This document shows positions 26,828-27,419 of a stretch of 27,419 nucleotides of DNA, piece by piece; the stretch's first letter is position 1; each line of letters starts with the position of its first letter. Below the pieces are notes generated by a model. It was given only the letters and a program-made list of their open reading frames with translations, made no database searches and was not told the DNA's origin. Both the position numbers and the translations under genes were made by a program. Source of the DNA: Utricularia gibba (Eukaryota; Plantae; Magnoliophyta); assembly GCA_002189035.1 (NCBI GenBank), contig NEEC01000076.1:1-27419 (forward strand). Reading direction: 5' to 3'.

Positions 26828-27419
26828 GTGTTCCGAGGGGTGTACGGACGGGTCGGGTCGGGTCGCCCGCCCGCCACACCCGCAAGCTGGCGAGACGCGT
26901 ATCCTATCGCGCACGGGGTTACTCCCCCGATCCCGTGCGCGATCCGAGCCAGGCGAGATCAGATGCATCGCATCAAAAAATGTCCCGCACGCCTCGCTCC
27001 GGTCAGGTTGGCTTCGGACCAACGATGGATGCCTCGCGTACGCACACGGTGCGTGCCGGGCGAGAATGGATGCCACGCATCAGGAAATTGATTCCCCACG
27101 CCGCGTTGCGAAATAGGATGGATGGCCCCGTGCACGCACACGCTATGCGTGCCGGGCGAGAATGGATGGGGCCATGCATGAAAAAAAACGGATCCCCGCG
27201 CTGGTTGGCTTACGAAAATGGGTGGGATGCCCGCGCGCACACGATGCGTTCGGGGCGAGAATGGATGCTATGCATCCGGAAACGTTGGTTGGCATGGTAA
27301 GGCCTCCCGTCGCGCGGCGGGTCAGGTTGGCTCGCGAGAATGGGGGATCCATCCCGCGCACGATGCGTGCCGGGCGAGGATGGATGCTGCGCATGCAAAA
27401 TCTTCGGATTCGTAAGCCC
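26819..27419 (+). other. 5' ETS of the next rDNA unit (partial, cut by the window end)
   Basis: Nearly identical to 13862-14465. The window ends at CTTCGGATTCGTAAGCCC. The promoter-to-promoter distance gives a unit length of about 12.96 kb for this repeat. Confidence 0.9.

Noticed and set aside
26690-27419. Small differences between the two promoter/ETS copies (G-run lengths, CTGGAGG vs CTGAGGG, GGTCTGG vs GGTCGGG)
   Set aside because: Most are homopolymer-adjacent changes near the window end. They cannot be told apart from consensus error without reads.

Overview
The window is nuclear ribosomal DNA of a flowering plant and has no credible protein-coding gene. One complete + strand 35S/45S unit (18S ~15351-17159, ITS1, 5.8S, ITS2, 25S ~17692-21104) lies between two intergenic spacers (IGS) that differ greatly in length. 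The upstream IGS (1-13861, start not seen) is a tandem array of about 16 copies of an 857-bp GC-rich unit. Each unit starts with two ~133-bp elements resembling a Pol I promoter (core TCTTGAGGGGGG). The downstream IGS (21105-26818) is complete and about 5.7 kb long. It holds a pyrimidine tract, a ~100-bp triplication interrupted by an 8-bp microsatellite, four related ~830-930-bp units of a second family, and only one copy of the 857-bp-type unit. The next unit's putative promoter and 5' ETS start follow. The most interesting points are the 16-versus-1 copy difference between neighbouring spacers, more than 30 promoter-like copies, a non-TATA start motif whose only TATA-type copy is distal, a very short ITS1 (~133 bp), and an octamer expansion that mirrors a neighbouring motif. 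All ORFs in the track are best explained as artefacts of GC-rich repeats or rRNA antisense frames. Coordinates were read by eye. Some variation near the window ends may be consensus error.
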